Shown: positions 29,453 to 38,411 of the stretch, in pieces
Position numbering within the stretch: the first letter of the stretch is position 1
Layout: the number at the start of each line of letters is the position of its first letter
Assembly: GCA_039800585.1 (NCBI GenBank)
Contig: JBDLQN010000002.1
Location: forward strand, 1 to 39,099
Direction of reading: 5' to 3'
DNA: 39,099 nt
From: Pseudomonadota bacterium
GTDB taxonomy: Bacteria > Pseudomonadota > Gammaproteobacteria > Burkholderiales > Methylophilaceae
Notes under the pieces: model-generated
The model's database searches: none
Told to the model about the DNA's origin: nothing
Seen by the model: only the letters and a program-made list of their open reading frames with translations
Made by a program: the position numbers and the translations under genes

Positions 29453-30456
29453 TATTTATTTTCTAAAGCTAATTTATCCAAAAACTTTTGTAACTCAGAT
29501 GGGAGCGGCGCGACTAATTTCAACTTCTCATCTTTGAGTGGATGGCGAATGGTTGTCTCCGCAGAATGCAAAAACATACGCTTTAAGCCTTGCTTTTGCA
29601 GTGCCTTGTTTAAGGCAAAATCACCGTATTTATCATCGCCCACAATAGGAAACCCTAAATGCGCTAATTGCACCCGCAATTGATGCGTACGCCCAGTAAT
29701 AAGCTGAGCTTCAAGTAATGAGAAATCACCATAATGGGCTTTGAGATGAAAAATAGTTTCAGAAGTTTGACCTTCATCCTCTGCGCGAGGATTAGGCTTG
29801 CCTGTTGCGACACTCACGCGACGTTCGCCATTTTCTAACAAATACTTTTGTAATGTTAAAACGACTTTTTTCTTCTTTTCTATCCAATGCCCATGCACCA
29901 GCATGAAATAGCGCTTATCCATTTGATTGCGACGCATGGCTTCGTGAAGCGCCACCAAAGCACTTCTCTTCTTGCCCACCATCAGTACACCCGAAGTTTC
30001 ACGGTCTAATCGATGTACCAATTCTAAGAATTTGGCTTGCGGGCGCTCCAGCCTTAATTGCTCAATCACACCCTTACTCACTCCACTGCCGCCATGCACC
30101 GCCATTCCAGCAGGCTTATCCAGCACTAACATGGCATCATCTTCAAAAATAATGGATTTCTCTAAACGCGCTGTAACAGGCTTTTGTGGCTGGCCTTCAT
30201 TGGGCGTGATGCTTGTTCTGATAGGCGGCACGCGGACAAGATCACCAGCCGCCAATTTGTAGGTAGCATCGATACGCTTTTTATTCACCCGCACTTCGCC
30301 GCTACGCAGAATGCGATAGAGATGACTTTTAGGCACGCCTTTGAGGGTTTTAGTAAGGAAATTATCAATGCGCTGCCCTTCGCTTGCTTCATCTATTTCA
30401 ATAAAAGCAGCACTTGATTCACTAATTTCATTACTTATTTTGCTTAAATTTGTCAT
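29452..30456 (-). CDS. rluC: 23S rRNA pseudouridine synthase RluC
   Basis: S4 domain (GQRIDNFL), VHRLDRETSG, TGRTHQLR; divergent from rne as is usual. Confidence 0.93.
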   Translation of the reverse strand: MTNLSKISNEISESSAAFIEIDEASEGQRIDNFLTKTLKGVPKSHLYRILRSGEVRVNKKRIDATYKLAAGDLVRVPPIRTSITPNEGQPQKPVTARLEKSIIFEDDAMLVLDKPAGMAVHGGSGVSKGVIEQLRLERPQAKFLELVHRLDRETSGVLMVGKKRSALVALHEAMRRNQMDKRYFMLVHGHWIEKKKKVVLTLQKYLLENGERRVSVATGKPNPRAEDEGQTSETIFHLKAHYGDFSLLEAQLITGRTHQLRVQLAHLGFPIVGDDKYGDFALNKALQKQGLKRMFLHSAETTIRHPLKDEKLKLVAPLPSELQKFLDKLALENK

Positions 30457-30752
30457 CTCACCTATACTACGTATCTCTTTGAAGTAAATGCGCTAAGCGC
30501 TTCTTCAAAGAATGTAATAAGTTACAAAAAAAATACCTTGGTTAATTTCGCTCGCCAAACAAACAAGTAGCGATTGATGTATTAAAAATTATTGCGCTCA
30601 GGCCTTTGCAGACAGTTGCCCAATACCAAGAAAGTATCAGCAACCACATGGCTTGGAATAGCTAGCACTTTGAATTTTAGCCGATTTGTCGACTAAACCG
30701 AATCGAAATTAACAAACAGAATTAAAATTACTGGGATTCAAACTAAACACTC

Positions 30753-31015
30753 AACGATTAAATCGTTAAATAATTCAATCGAATAACAATCTATTCGATG
30801 CGAACGTGATGCTTAAATCAAAACCATCACGTGTTAATGGCAAATAAGCGCCATTTTTTAGTGTGTTAAAAAGAACCTTGTCATCATTTCTGATAGCGTT
30901 AAGCTGATATCGCGTTGACAATCAATTGCCATGCTCTAGGTGGCACCTCGCTTAAATCATTCAAAAAGCAAAGCGACCTCCCCTGCAACTTGCTCCGAGC
31001 GCTGGAGTAAACACA
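30753..31015 (+). promoter_or_regulatory. Structured rne 5' leader
   Basis: String of inverted repeats upstream of rne, the last pairing with the GGAG RBS (see findings). Confidence 0.55.
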
Positions 31016-33418
31016 ATGAAACGTATGTTATTTAACGCAACGCAGTCAGAAGAACTGCGCGTTGCAATCGTTGATGGCCAAAAACTAATCGATTTGGACA
31101 TTGAATCCGCAGGTAAAGAACAACGCAAGAGCAACATCTACAAAGGCGTCATTACCCGCATCGAACCTTCTCTTGAAGCAGCCTTCGTTAATTACGGTAC
31201 CGATCGTCACGGTTTCTTGCCGTTCAAAGAAGTAGCGCGCAGCTATTTCCAAGGCGACGCTGAAGGTGGCAAAGCACGTATTCAAGACGTGCTAAAAGAA
31301 GGTCAAGAAGTCATCGTTCAAGTGGACAAAGACGAGCGCGGCAATAAAGGTGCGGCTCTGACCACGTTCATCTCATTAGCTGGTCGTTACTTAGTGCTAA
31401 TGCCTAACAATCCACGTGGTGGTGGTGTTTCACGCCGCATCGAAGGCGAAGATCGTAACGAGCTGCGCGACACCATGGCGCAACTTGAAGTGCCTAATGG
31501 CATGAGTATTATTGCGCGTACTGCAGGGATTGGTCGTAGCGTGGAAGAGTTGCAATGGGACTTAAGCTACTTGCTTCAACTTTGGAACGCGATTGAAGGT
31601 GCATCTACCATTCAAAATGCCCCTTTCCTAATCTACCAAGAAGGCAGTTTAGTAATTCGCGCTATTCGCGATTATTTCCAGCCTGATATCGGTGAGATCT
31701 TAATTGACACCCCAGATATTCACGAACAAGCGGTTCAGTTTATGAATCACGTGATGCCTGGCCATGTTGCCCGCGTGAAACTTTATCAAGATGAAATCCC
31801 TCTGTTCTCACGTTTCCAAATCGAACACCAAATCGAAACAGCCTTCTCTCGCGAAGTGCGTTTGCCTTCTGGCGGCGCGATTGTAATCGACCATACAGAA
31901 GCTTTGGTGTCTGTGGACGTGAACTCAGGTCGCTCAACCAAAGGTAGCGACATCGAAAACACGGCTTTTAATACCAACCTAGAAGCAGCTGAAGAAGTTG
32001 CTCGCCAATTACGTTTGCGTGACCTAGGCGGTTTGGTAGTCATCGATTTTATCGACATGGAAAGCCAACGCAATCAACGTGAAGTAGAGAATCGCCTACG
32101 CGAAGCTTTGCATTACGACCGCGCACGCGTTCAAACCGGCAAAATTTCACGTTTTGGTTTGTTGGAGCTTTCTCGTCAACGCTTGCGCCCTAGCTTAGGT
32201 GAAGGCAACCACATTGCTTGCCCACGCTGTCATGGCATTGGTCATATCCGTGGCATTGAATCAACCGCACTTCACATCTTGCGTATTACGCAAGAAGAAG
32301 CAATGAAAGAAAACAGCAAAGTTATCCAAGTTCAACTACCTGTTGAAGCCGCAACATTCTTGCTTAATGAAAAACGTGCAGACATTCACAAAATTGAACA
32401 ACGCACTGGGGTTGAAGTGGTGTTGATTCCAAATATTCATTTGGAAACACCTAACTACAACATTACCCGCATCAAAGTAGATGACAGCACTGAAGATGGC
32501 CCACGCAGCTACCAAATGGTAGAAATGCCGACAGAAGACGAAGTGCATCAAGCTGCGCCACAAGCACAAGCGATCAAGCAAGTAGCTGCTGTGAGAGGCA
32601 TCACCCCTGCTGCACCAGCACCAGTGAGTGTTGAAAAAGGCGTTTCTTTATTGGCCCGTGTAAAAGCGTTATTCAGCGGCTTAGTGAAAAAAGACGCTCC
32701 AAAGCAAGAACAACGTGAGCACCGCGGTCGCCGTGATCGCAACCGCAATCGCAATCGTAACCGCAATCGCCAAGATAGAGATTTCAGTGGTGAACGTGCA
32801 AACAACCAAGCTCGCCAACAAGAGCGTGTGGAGCGCGAAAAACCGCAACAAGCACCTGCACTAGAGGCGGCTCAACAAGGTGAAGAAAGAGCGAATGAAC
32901 AGCGTGAATCACGTAACAACAATCGTCGCGGCCGCAATAACCGCCGTGACCGTGGTCCACGTCAAGATCGCCCAACTGGTGACCGTCCATTTGTTGAAAA
33001 CGAACAATTGATGGCTGAAGCGTCAGCGCCAGTGGCTGCGCCTAAAGCTGAAGCACCAGTTAAGGCTGAACCAGCTACCAAAGCGCCAGCAGAAAACAAG
33101 GTAGAAAAATCAGCACCTGCTGAAAAACCGGCTACTGAGGCAACAGCGAAACCTGTAGCTGAAAAAGCTGAAGGCAAACCAGAGCAAGCCAAAGCAGAGA
33201 AAAAAGCTAAGCCAGCGCGCAAACCAGCTGCCAAAGCCAAACCTGTGGATTTGGCAGCCAGCGGGCTTCAATTAGTGGAGACTAAAGCAGAAAAAGCTGC
33301 GGCAGCCCCTGTCGTTGAGGAAGCCCCTAAAAAGCCACGTAAAGCGGCAGCTTGGCAAAAGAAGGCTGAAGACAAAGGTGGTGATGAACCACTTGTAATT
33401 GTGCAAACACAGAAGTAA
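31016..33418 (+). CDS. rne: Ribonuclease E
   Basis: [18 protein letters not shown]1 domain, VDVNS, IDFIDM, CPRC Zn-link, amphipathic membrane helix ([13 protein letters not shown]), Arg-rich and Ala/Pro/Lys-rich C-terminal region. Confidence 0.98.
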   Translation: MKRMLFNATQSEELRVAIVDGQKLIDLDIESAGKEQRKSNIYKGVITRIEPSLEAAFVNYGTDRHGFLPFKEVARSYFQGDAEGGKARIQDVLKEGQEVIVQVDKDERGNKGAALTTFISLAGRYLVLMPNNPRGGGVSRRIEGEDRNELRDTMAQLEVPNGMSIIARTAGIGRSVEELQWDLSYLLQLWNAIEGASTIQNAPFLIYQEGSLVIRAIRDYFQPDIGEILIDTPDIHEQAVQFMNHVMPGHVARVKLYQDEIPLFSRFQIEHQIETAFSREVRLPSGGAIVIDHTEALVSVDVNSGRSTKGSDIENTAFNTNLEAAEEVARQLRLRDLGGLVVIDFIDMESQRNQREVENRLREALHYDRARVQTGKISRFGLLELSRQRLRPSLGEGNHIACPRCHGIGHIRGIESTALHILRITQEEAMKENSKVIQVQLPVEAATFLLNEKRADIHKIEQRTGVEVVLIPNIHLETPNYNITRIKVDDSTEDGPRSYQMVEMPTEDEVHQAAPQAQAIKQVAAVRGITPAAPAPVSVEKGVSLLARVKALFSGLVKKDAPKQEQREHRGRRDRNRNRNRNRNRQDRDFSGERANNQARQQERVEREKPQQAPALEAAQQGEERANEQRESRNNNRRGRNNRRDRGPRQDRPTGDRPFVENEQLMAEASAPVAAPKAEAPVKAEPATKAPAENKVEKSAPAEKPATEATAKPVAEKAEGKPEQAKAEKKAKPARKPAAKAKPVDLAASGLQLVETKAEKAAAAPVVEEAPKKPRKAAAWQKKAEDKGGDEPLVIVQTQK
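32738..32770 (+). repeat. (CGYAAY)x5 coding microrepeat giving the RNRNRN tract of RNase E
   Basis: cgcaac cgcaat cgcaat cgtaac cgcaat cgc. Confidence 0.8.
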
Positions 33419-33437
33419 GTCTTTAAGCCGTTAATTT

Positions 33438-33518
33438 AAAAAAGCCCCAGACCGCAAGGGTCTTGTCCGTGGAATATATCCGCTAAAGCGGATTATTCAC
33501 ACGCCAGGGGCTTTTTTT
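33438..33518. terminator. Bidirectional terminator between rne and uvrB with an extra 43-nt palindrome in its 3' arm
   Basis: AAAAAAGCCCCAGACC-GCAAG-GGTCT-[43 nt]-GGGGCTTTTTTT. Confidence 0.75.
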
Positions 33519-33532
33519 ATTGGGGCAGATCA

Positions 33533-33753
33533 GTCATCGGCGCCATAACCGCAGGGGTCATGCCCGCCAATGTACGGGCAACACTTACCTATATACAGCC
33601 AATGCACTTGTTCGTTCTAGCATTCAAGTCATCAACATTGGCGCCATAAGTGCATGGGTTATATCTGCCAATGTAAGGAAAACAATCAAACTATATTTAC
33701 TCTACCAAGAAACGACCGACTTTTAGACTAAGTCAGAAACGTCGGCGCCATAA
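33533..33753 (-). repeat. Diverged ~100-nt tandem repeat beginning inside the uvrB 3' end
   Basis: GGCGCCATAA at 33539, 33640 and 33744; 33539-33583 versus 33640-33684 match at 35/45 nt. Confidence 0.8.
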
Positions 33754-35662
33754 AACTTTTCCCTAAGCTTTTTAAGCTGATCTCTAAACTCAGCAGCTTT
33801 TTCAAACTCAAGATTCTTAGCACTATCATGCATGGCTTTCTCCAAGCGCTTCATCTCTTTGGCAATTTGTTTTTCGCTTAAAGCCTCATAACTCGCCTGT
33901 TCTTGTGCGGCTTTTCGCTCTCGCAGCGCTTCATCTTTATCGTAAACACCATCAATAATGTCTTTGATGCGCTTAGATACGCCTTTAGGCACAATGCCAT
34001 GCGCTTTATTGAAGGCCATTTGCTTTTCTCGACGACGCGCAGTCTCACCCATAGCTGCTTTCATCGAGCGCGTCATATTATTCGCGTAAAAAATTACCTT
34101 GCCGTTGAGGTTGCGTGCTGCACGGCCTGCGGTCTGAATAAGAGAGCGCTCTGAACGGAGAAAGCCTTCTTTATCAGCATCTAGCACAGCCACCAAAGAA
34201 ACCTCAGGAATATCGAGGCCTTCACGTAATAAGTTGATACCAACCAAGACATCAAACTCACCCAAGCGCAGATCTCGAATAATCTCAACGCGTTCCACAG
34301 TATCAATATCCGAGTGCAAATAACGGACTTTAATGCCATGTTCGGACAGATAGTCAGTTAAGTCTTCGGCCATACGTTTAGTTAGGGTTGTTGCTAAAAC
34401 ACGCTCACCAACATCGACACGCAGTTTAATTTCAGAGAGCAAGTCATCCACCTGGGTGTCAGCAGGTTTAACAATAATTTCAGGATCTATCAAACCGGTT
34501 GGGCGCACCACCTGCTCGACTACTTGCTGCTGATGCGTTGCCTCATAGTCTGCCGGCGTAGCTGACACAAACACAGTTTGTCGCATGATCTTTTCGAACT
34601 CTTCAAACTTTAGCGGTCGATTATCCAAAGCCGAAGGCAATCGGAAGCCATAATCCACCAAATTCTCTTTACGCGATTTGTCGCCTTTATACATCGCGCC
34701 AATTTGTGGAACAGTGACATGGCTTTCATCCATAATCATCAGCGCATTATTTGGCAAATAATCAATCAAAGTTGGAGGTGCCTCCCCTTCAGCACGCCCT
34801 GACAAATGGCGGGAGTAATTTTCAATCCCCTTGCAGAAGCCTATCTCGTTCAGCATTTCCAAATCAAAACGCGTACGCTGCTCGATACGCTGCGCCTCAA
34901 CCAGCTTACCTGTTTTAATATAAAAGTCTGTCCGCGCTTTAAGTTCAAGCTTGATCTTTTCGATCGCTCTTAAGGTGGTTTCACGGGGCGTCACATAGTG
35001 ACTTGATGGGTAAACCGTATAACGAGGCACTTTTTTAAAGGTTTCACCTGTTAGCGGGTCAAACAAGGTCAAGGTCTCGACTTCATCATCGAACAAGGAA
35101 ATGCGGACGGCGGTTTCGCTATTCTCGGCGGGAAACACGTCTATCACATCACCGCGCACTCTAAAGTTACCCCGCGCAAAATCAAAATCGTTACGCTCAT
35201 ACTGCATCCCTACAAGGCGTAAGATGGCATCACGCTGACTCATTTTTTCGCCCTGCTGCAAGTGCAACACCATGCCGTGATAATCCACAGGGTCGCCAAT
35301 GCCATAAATAGCAGAAACAGAGGCCACAATAATCGCGTCCTCGCGCTCTAATAAAGCCTTCGTAGCGGAAAGTCGCATCTGCTCGATATGGTCGTTAATG
35401 CTGGAGTCTTTTTCGATAAACAAATCACGTGAAGGCACATAGGCTTCAGGCTGATAGTAGTCACAATGGCTGGGCGGCCTGTTCTGGCGATCACATTAGC
35501 CATGGTGTAGGTTTTGCCAGAGCCTGTTACGCCCAATAGCGTTTGAAAACGCATACCAGACTCAATTCCTGAGACCAATTTCTCAATAGCCGCAGGTTGA
35601 TCACCTGCTGGTGGAAAGGGCTGATGAAGCTGGTATTTGCTATTTGGAAATGTAACGATCAA
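33723..35662 (-). pseudogene. uvrB: Excinuclease ABC subunit B, split by an internal ~94-nt deletion and frameshift near 35462
   Basis: The N-terminal frame (TTG 35662; [14 protein letters not shown]...GRPAIV) abuts DYYQPEAY in another frame. The conserved block APNKTLAAQLY...NAVEYFVSYY is absent; the remainder is intact to the stop at 33723. Confidence 0.85.
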
Positions 35663-35687
35663 TGGCTTACCCTCTGTTTAATGCAGC

Positions 35688-35696
35688 ATTTTAACA
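35688..35696 (-). promoter_or_regulatory. Candidate extended -10 element (TGTTAAAAT) for uvrB
   Basis: Same 9-mer as upstream of gyrA and typA; about 25 nt upstream of the TTG start. Confidence 0.45.
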
Positions 35697-35790
35697 GGCT
35701 TAAAATGAGCAAAATTAATTAATTCGCGAACTTTATAAAAAGCTGCTGGTCATTTGTAAAAATAAAATCAATTCATCATTGGGGTCCGTC

Positions 35791-36822
35791 ATGCGTTTAT
35801 TTAAAAGCCACTTAAAAGCCGCTTTTTTTACACTTTCATTGATTACGCTTATCCCTACTGCTCAAGCATTCGACAGAGAAAAGCTATTAGGTTCATTTTT
35901 CTCCATCGTAATGATTAGAGGTTACAACCCTGATGGGAGCCTCGCCTATGGTTCTGGCGTAGTCATAGAACCGCAAAAAGTACTCACCAATTGCCATATC
36001 TTCAGGCAAACAAAAGAGCCTTGGGTCTCGCGTGGCGAAGACAGCTTCCCTATCAATAGCGTTCAAGCAGATCGTTATCATGACTTGTGCTTAGTCACCT
36101 CAGAATCCCTACCCTTCCCGCCTGCCAAAACGGGCTCTGCAACCACCATGAAAAAAGGCGAAGAAATCGTCGCGATAGGCCATTCAAGCGCTTCACCAGC
36201 GCCAATCACCTCCATAGGCAGCATTAAATCCATTTACCCTTTTGACAGTGCAAATGTAATTCGCAGCACAGCACGCTTTGCCATGGGCGCCAGCGGAAGC
36301 GGTTTATTCGACGGCGAAGGTCGTTTGATTGGGATTAACACCTTCAAAACCCCAGGAAAAAATGCTTATTTCTATGCACTCCCTGTGGAGTGGCTAGACT
36401 CACTCAAAACCAAGCCTGCCGAAACACAATTCCCCATTGATGGAAAAACATTCTGGGAAGAAAACGATGCGCAAAAACCATTCTTTATGCAAATCGCCGA
36501 GCCTGAAATTCAGGAAGACTGGTCTAAGCTCGCAAGCGTCGCTGAAAAATGGATTAAAACTGAACCTAATAACTCTGAAGCTTGGTACGAGCTGGGTTTT
36601 GCCCAAGAGCACCTTAAGCTTAAAACAGAGGCTGAGAAATCTTATCGCCGCGCCATCATGCTCAACGGCGAAAATATCGACGCGCTATTTAGGGTGGGCT
36701 TAATCGCCTCCGAGCAAGGCAACAAGACTGAAGTCGAAGCCATTAAGATGTCTATCAGCCACATTAACGCTGAAACCGCTGAAGAATTTAATAGGGCCCT
36801 TGCCTGCACGGCAGACTGTTAA
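35791..36822 (+). CDS. Exported trypsin-like (S1) serine protease with C-terminal TPRs
   Basis: Signal peptide ending AQA; LTNCH, DLCLV and GASGSG triad motifs; TPR-like EAWYELGFAQ and DALFRVGLI. Confidence 0.85.
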   Translation: MRLFKSHLKAAFFTLSLITLIPTAQAFDREKLLGSFFSIVMIRGYNPDGSLAYGSGVVIEPQKVLTNCHIFRQTKEPWVSRGEDSFPINSVQADRYHDLCLVTSESLPFPPAKTGSATTMKKGEEIVAIGHSSASPAPITSIGSIKSIYPFDSANVIRSTARFAMGASGSGLFDGEGRLIGINTFKTPGKNAYFYALPVEWLDSLKTKPAETQFPIDGKTFWEENDAQKPFFMQIAEPEIQEDWSKLASVAEKWIKTEPNNSEAWYELGFAQEHLKLKTEAEKSYRRAIMLNGENIDALFRVGLIASEQGNKTEVEAIKMSISHINAETAEEFNRALACTADC

Positions 36823-36932
36823 TTTTATTTTGTTGCAATAAAAACGTGCGCTTAGGTGACTGAACGCCTTTCTCAGCGCCTTATTTTTGAGTAAAATTGC
36901 ATCTTTGCGTTTTTATGCTCAAGGATGTCATT

Positions 36933-38141
36933 TTGGAAGCCTCACAACAAGTTCTTTCTCAGCGCGTTCAATCAATTAAAGAATCCCCAACACTTGCTGT
37001 CACTGCACGCGCAGCCAAGTTAAAAGCTGAAGGCAAAGACATCATTGGCTTGGGCGCAGGCGAGCCAGATTTCGACACTCCTCAACACATTAAAGATGCC
37101 GCCAAAAAAGCCATCGATAGTGGCTTTACCAAATACACTCCGGTTGCAGGCATTCCGGGCCTCAAAAAGGCGATTGTTAACAAATTCAAAACGCAAAATG
37201 ATTTCGACTACACCGAAAAAGAAGTGATTGTGGGTGTGGGTGGTAAGCAATGTATTTTTAACTTAGCACTTGCCGTATTAAACCCAGGTGACGAAGTGAT
37301 TGTGCCTGCGCCTTATTGGGTTTCGTATGCTGATATCGCTGTAGTCGCTGGCGCAAAACCTGTGATTATTGAGTGCGGTATCGAGCAAGGTTTCAAATTA
37401 CTGCCAGCGCAATTAGAAGCGGCGATCACCCCAAAAACCAAGCTATTCATGATTAACAGCCCTTCCAACCCAACGGGCGCTGTTTATACGCTTGATGAAT
37501 TAAAAGCGCTGGGTGATGTGCTAAAACGCCATCCACATGTACTGGTAGCGACGGATGATATGTATGAACACGTTAACCTCACAGGTGATAAGTTTTACAA
37601 CATCTTAAACGCTGCGCCAGAATTAAAATCGCGCTGTATCGTGCTTAATGGGGTTTCAAAAGCCTATTCCATGACTGGCTGGCGTATTGGTTACGCCGCA
37701 GGTCCAGCAAACATCATTAAGGCGATGGAAATCTTGCAATCGCAATCAACTTCTAATCCGACCTCTATTTCTCAAGTGGCTGCACAGGCCGCTTTGGAAG
37801 GCCCTCAAGAATGCATCACCCCAATGGTTAAGGCGTTTATTGAGCGCCACGAATATGTGGTGGATCGTTTCAACCAAATGCGCGGTCTAAAATGCATCAA
37901 AGCGGGTGGCGCTTTCTACGCCTTCCCTGATGCGCGCCCAGCCATCGACAACCTTTTCAAAGAGGGCAAAATCAAAGAGGCCTCCGATCTCGCGCTTTCT
38001 GAATATTTACTTGAGAACGTAGGCGTCGCTGTCGTGCCCGGATCAGCCTTTGGTGCCGATGGTTACTTCCGCATTTCCTTCGCCACCTCAATGGATAACC
38101 TAAGAAACGCGCTTGATCGCATTGAAAAAGCACTGGCTTAA
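36933..38141 (+). CDS. Class I PLP-dependent (aspartate-type) aminotransferase
   Basis: GAGEPDF, NSPSNPTG, DDMYE, NGVSKAYSMTGWRIGY; TTG at 36933 follows an AAGGA RBS. Confidence 0.92.
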   Translation: MEASQQVLSQRVQSIKESPTLAVTARAAKLKAEGKDIIGLGAGEPDFDTPQHIKDAAKKAIDSGFTKYTPVAGIPGLKKAIVNKFKTQNDFDYTEKEVIVGVGGKQCIFNLALAVLNPGDEVIVPAPYWVSYADIAVVAGAKPVIIECGIEQGFKLLPAQLEAAITPKTKLFMINSPSNPTGAVYTLDELKALGDVLKRHPHVLVATDDMYEHVNLTGDKFYNILNAAPELKSRCIVLNGVSKAYSMTGWRIGYAAGPANIIKAMEILQSQSTSNPTSISQVAAQAALEGPQECITPMVKAFIERHEYVVDRFNQMRGLKCIKAGGAFYAFPDARPAIDNLFKEGKIKEASDLALSEYLLENVGVAVVPGSAFGADGYFRISFATSMDNLRNALDRIEKALA

Positions 38142-38168
38142 ATAATTTAAAATTTCTGTGGTTTGTTG

Positions 38169-38197
38169 TTGACCAAAAGGCCACAAGCCTTTATTAT
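38169..38197 (+). promoter_or_regulatory. Sigma70 promoter of tRNA-Asn
   Basis: TTGACC, 17-nt spacer, TATTAT. Confidence 0.65.
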
Positions 38198-38212
38198 CAC
38201 GCCTTCACCGAT

Positions 38213-38288
38213 TCCTCAATAGCTCAGTTGGTAGAGCGCCGGACTGTTAATCCGTAGGTCCCTGGTTCGAGCCCAGGTTGAGGAGCCA
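38213..38288 (+). tRNA. tRNA-Asn (GTT)
   Basis: 76-nt cloverleaf: TCCTCAA/TTGAGGA acceptor stem, GCTC/GAGC D-arm, CT-GTT-AA anticodon loop, CCTGG-TTCGAGC-CCAGG T-arm, encoded CCA. Confidence 0.98.
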
Positions 38289-38293
38289 AATTT

Positions 38294-38321
38294 AAAGCCC
38301 TGCAGAAATGCAGGGCTTTTT
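38294..38321 (+). terminator. Intrinsic terminator after tRNA-Asn
   Basis: AAAGCCCTGCA-GAAA-TGCAGGGCTTTTT. Confidence 0.9.
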
Positions 38322-38411
38322 CGCTTTTAGGCACCCCGAATGTTTCGAACCTCTATATTGCCTCCTGGTCAGATGTGAGGTAAAAAGCTAGTCTATATTA
38401 AGGATCGCATC

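Noticed and set aside
32700-33400. Low-complexity repeats in the rne 3' half as a separate repeat element
   Set aside because: Explained by the normal disordered scaffold region of RNase E.
33521-33700. 6S RNA, fluoride riboswitch or hammerhead ribozyme (UGAUGAC motif seen)
   Set aside because: No 6S-like rod with central bubble or zapA context; the fluoride 5' element and hammerhead CUGANGA/GAAA core are missing; no downstream gene to regulate. A cmscan would settle this.
33520-33726. 68-aa plus-strand ORF between rne and uvrB
   Set aside because: TTG start directly after a terminator with no RBS, no recognisable family, and it reads the two repeat copies in different frames.
33533-33753. 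CRISPR array interpretation of the repeats
   Set aside because: Only three short cores, the intervening sequences resemble each other, the period is about 100 nt, and no cas genes are present.
35348-35662. Programmed frameshift or natural two-gene uvrB
   Set aside because: Essential conserved residues are physically absent, so frameshifting could not restore them, and there is no slippery sequence at the junction.
35674-35697. LexA (SOS) box upstream of uvrB
   Set aside because: CTGT and ACAG are 16 nt apart, not the 8 nt of the beta/gammaproteobacterial box.
38213-38411. Prophage or ICE integrated at tRNA-Asn
   Set aside because: The tRNA has its own terminator, and no integrase or duplicated tRNA 3' end was seen in the window.
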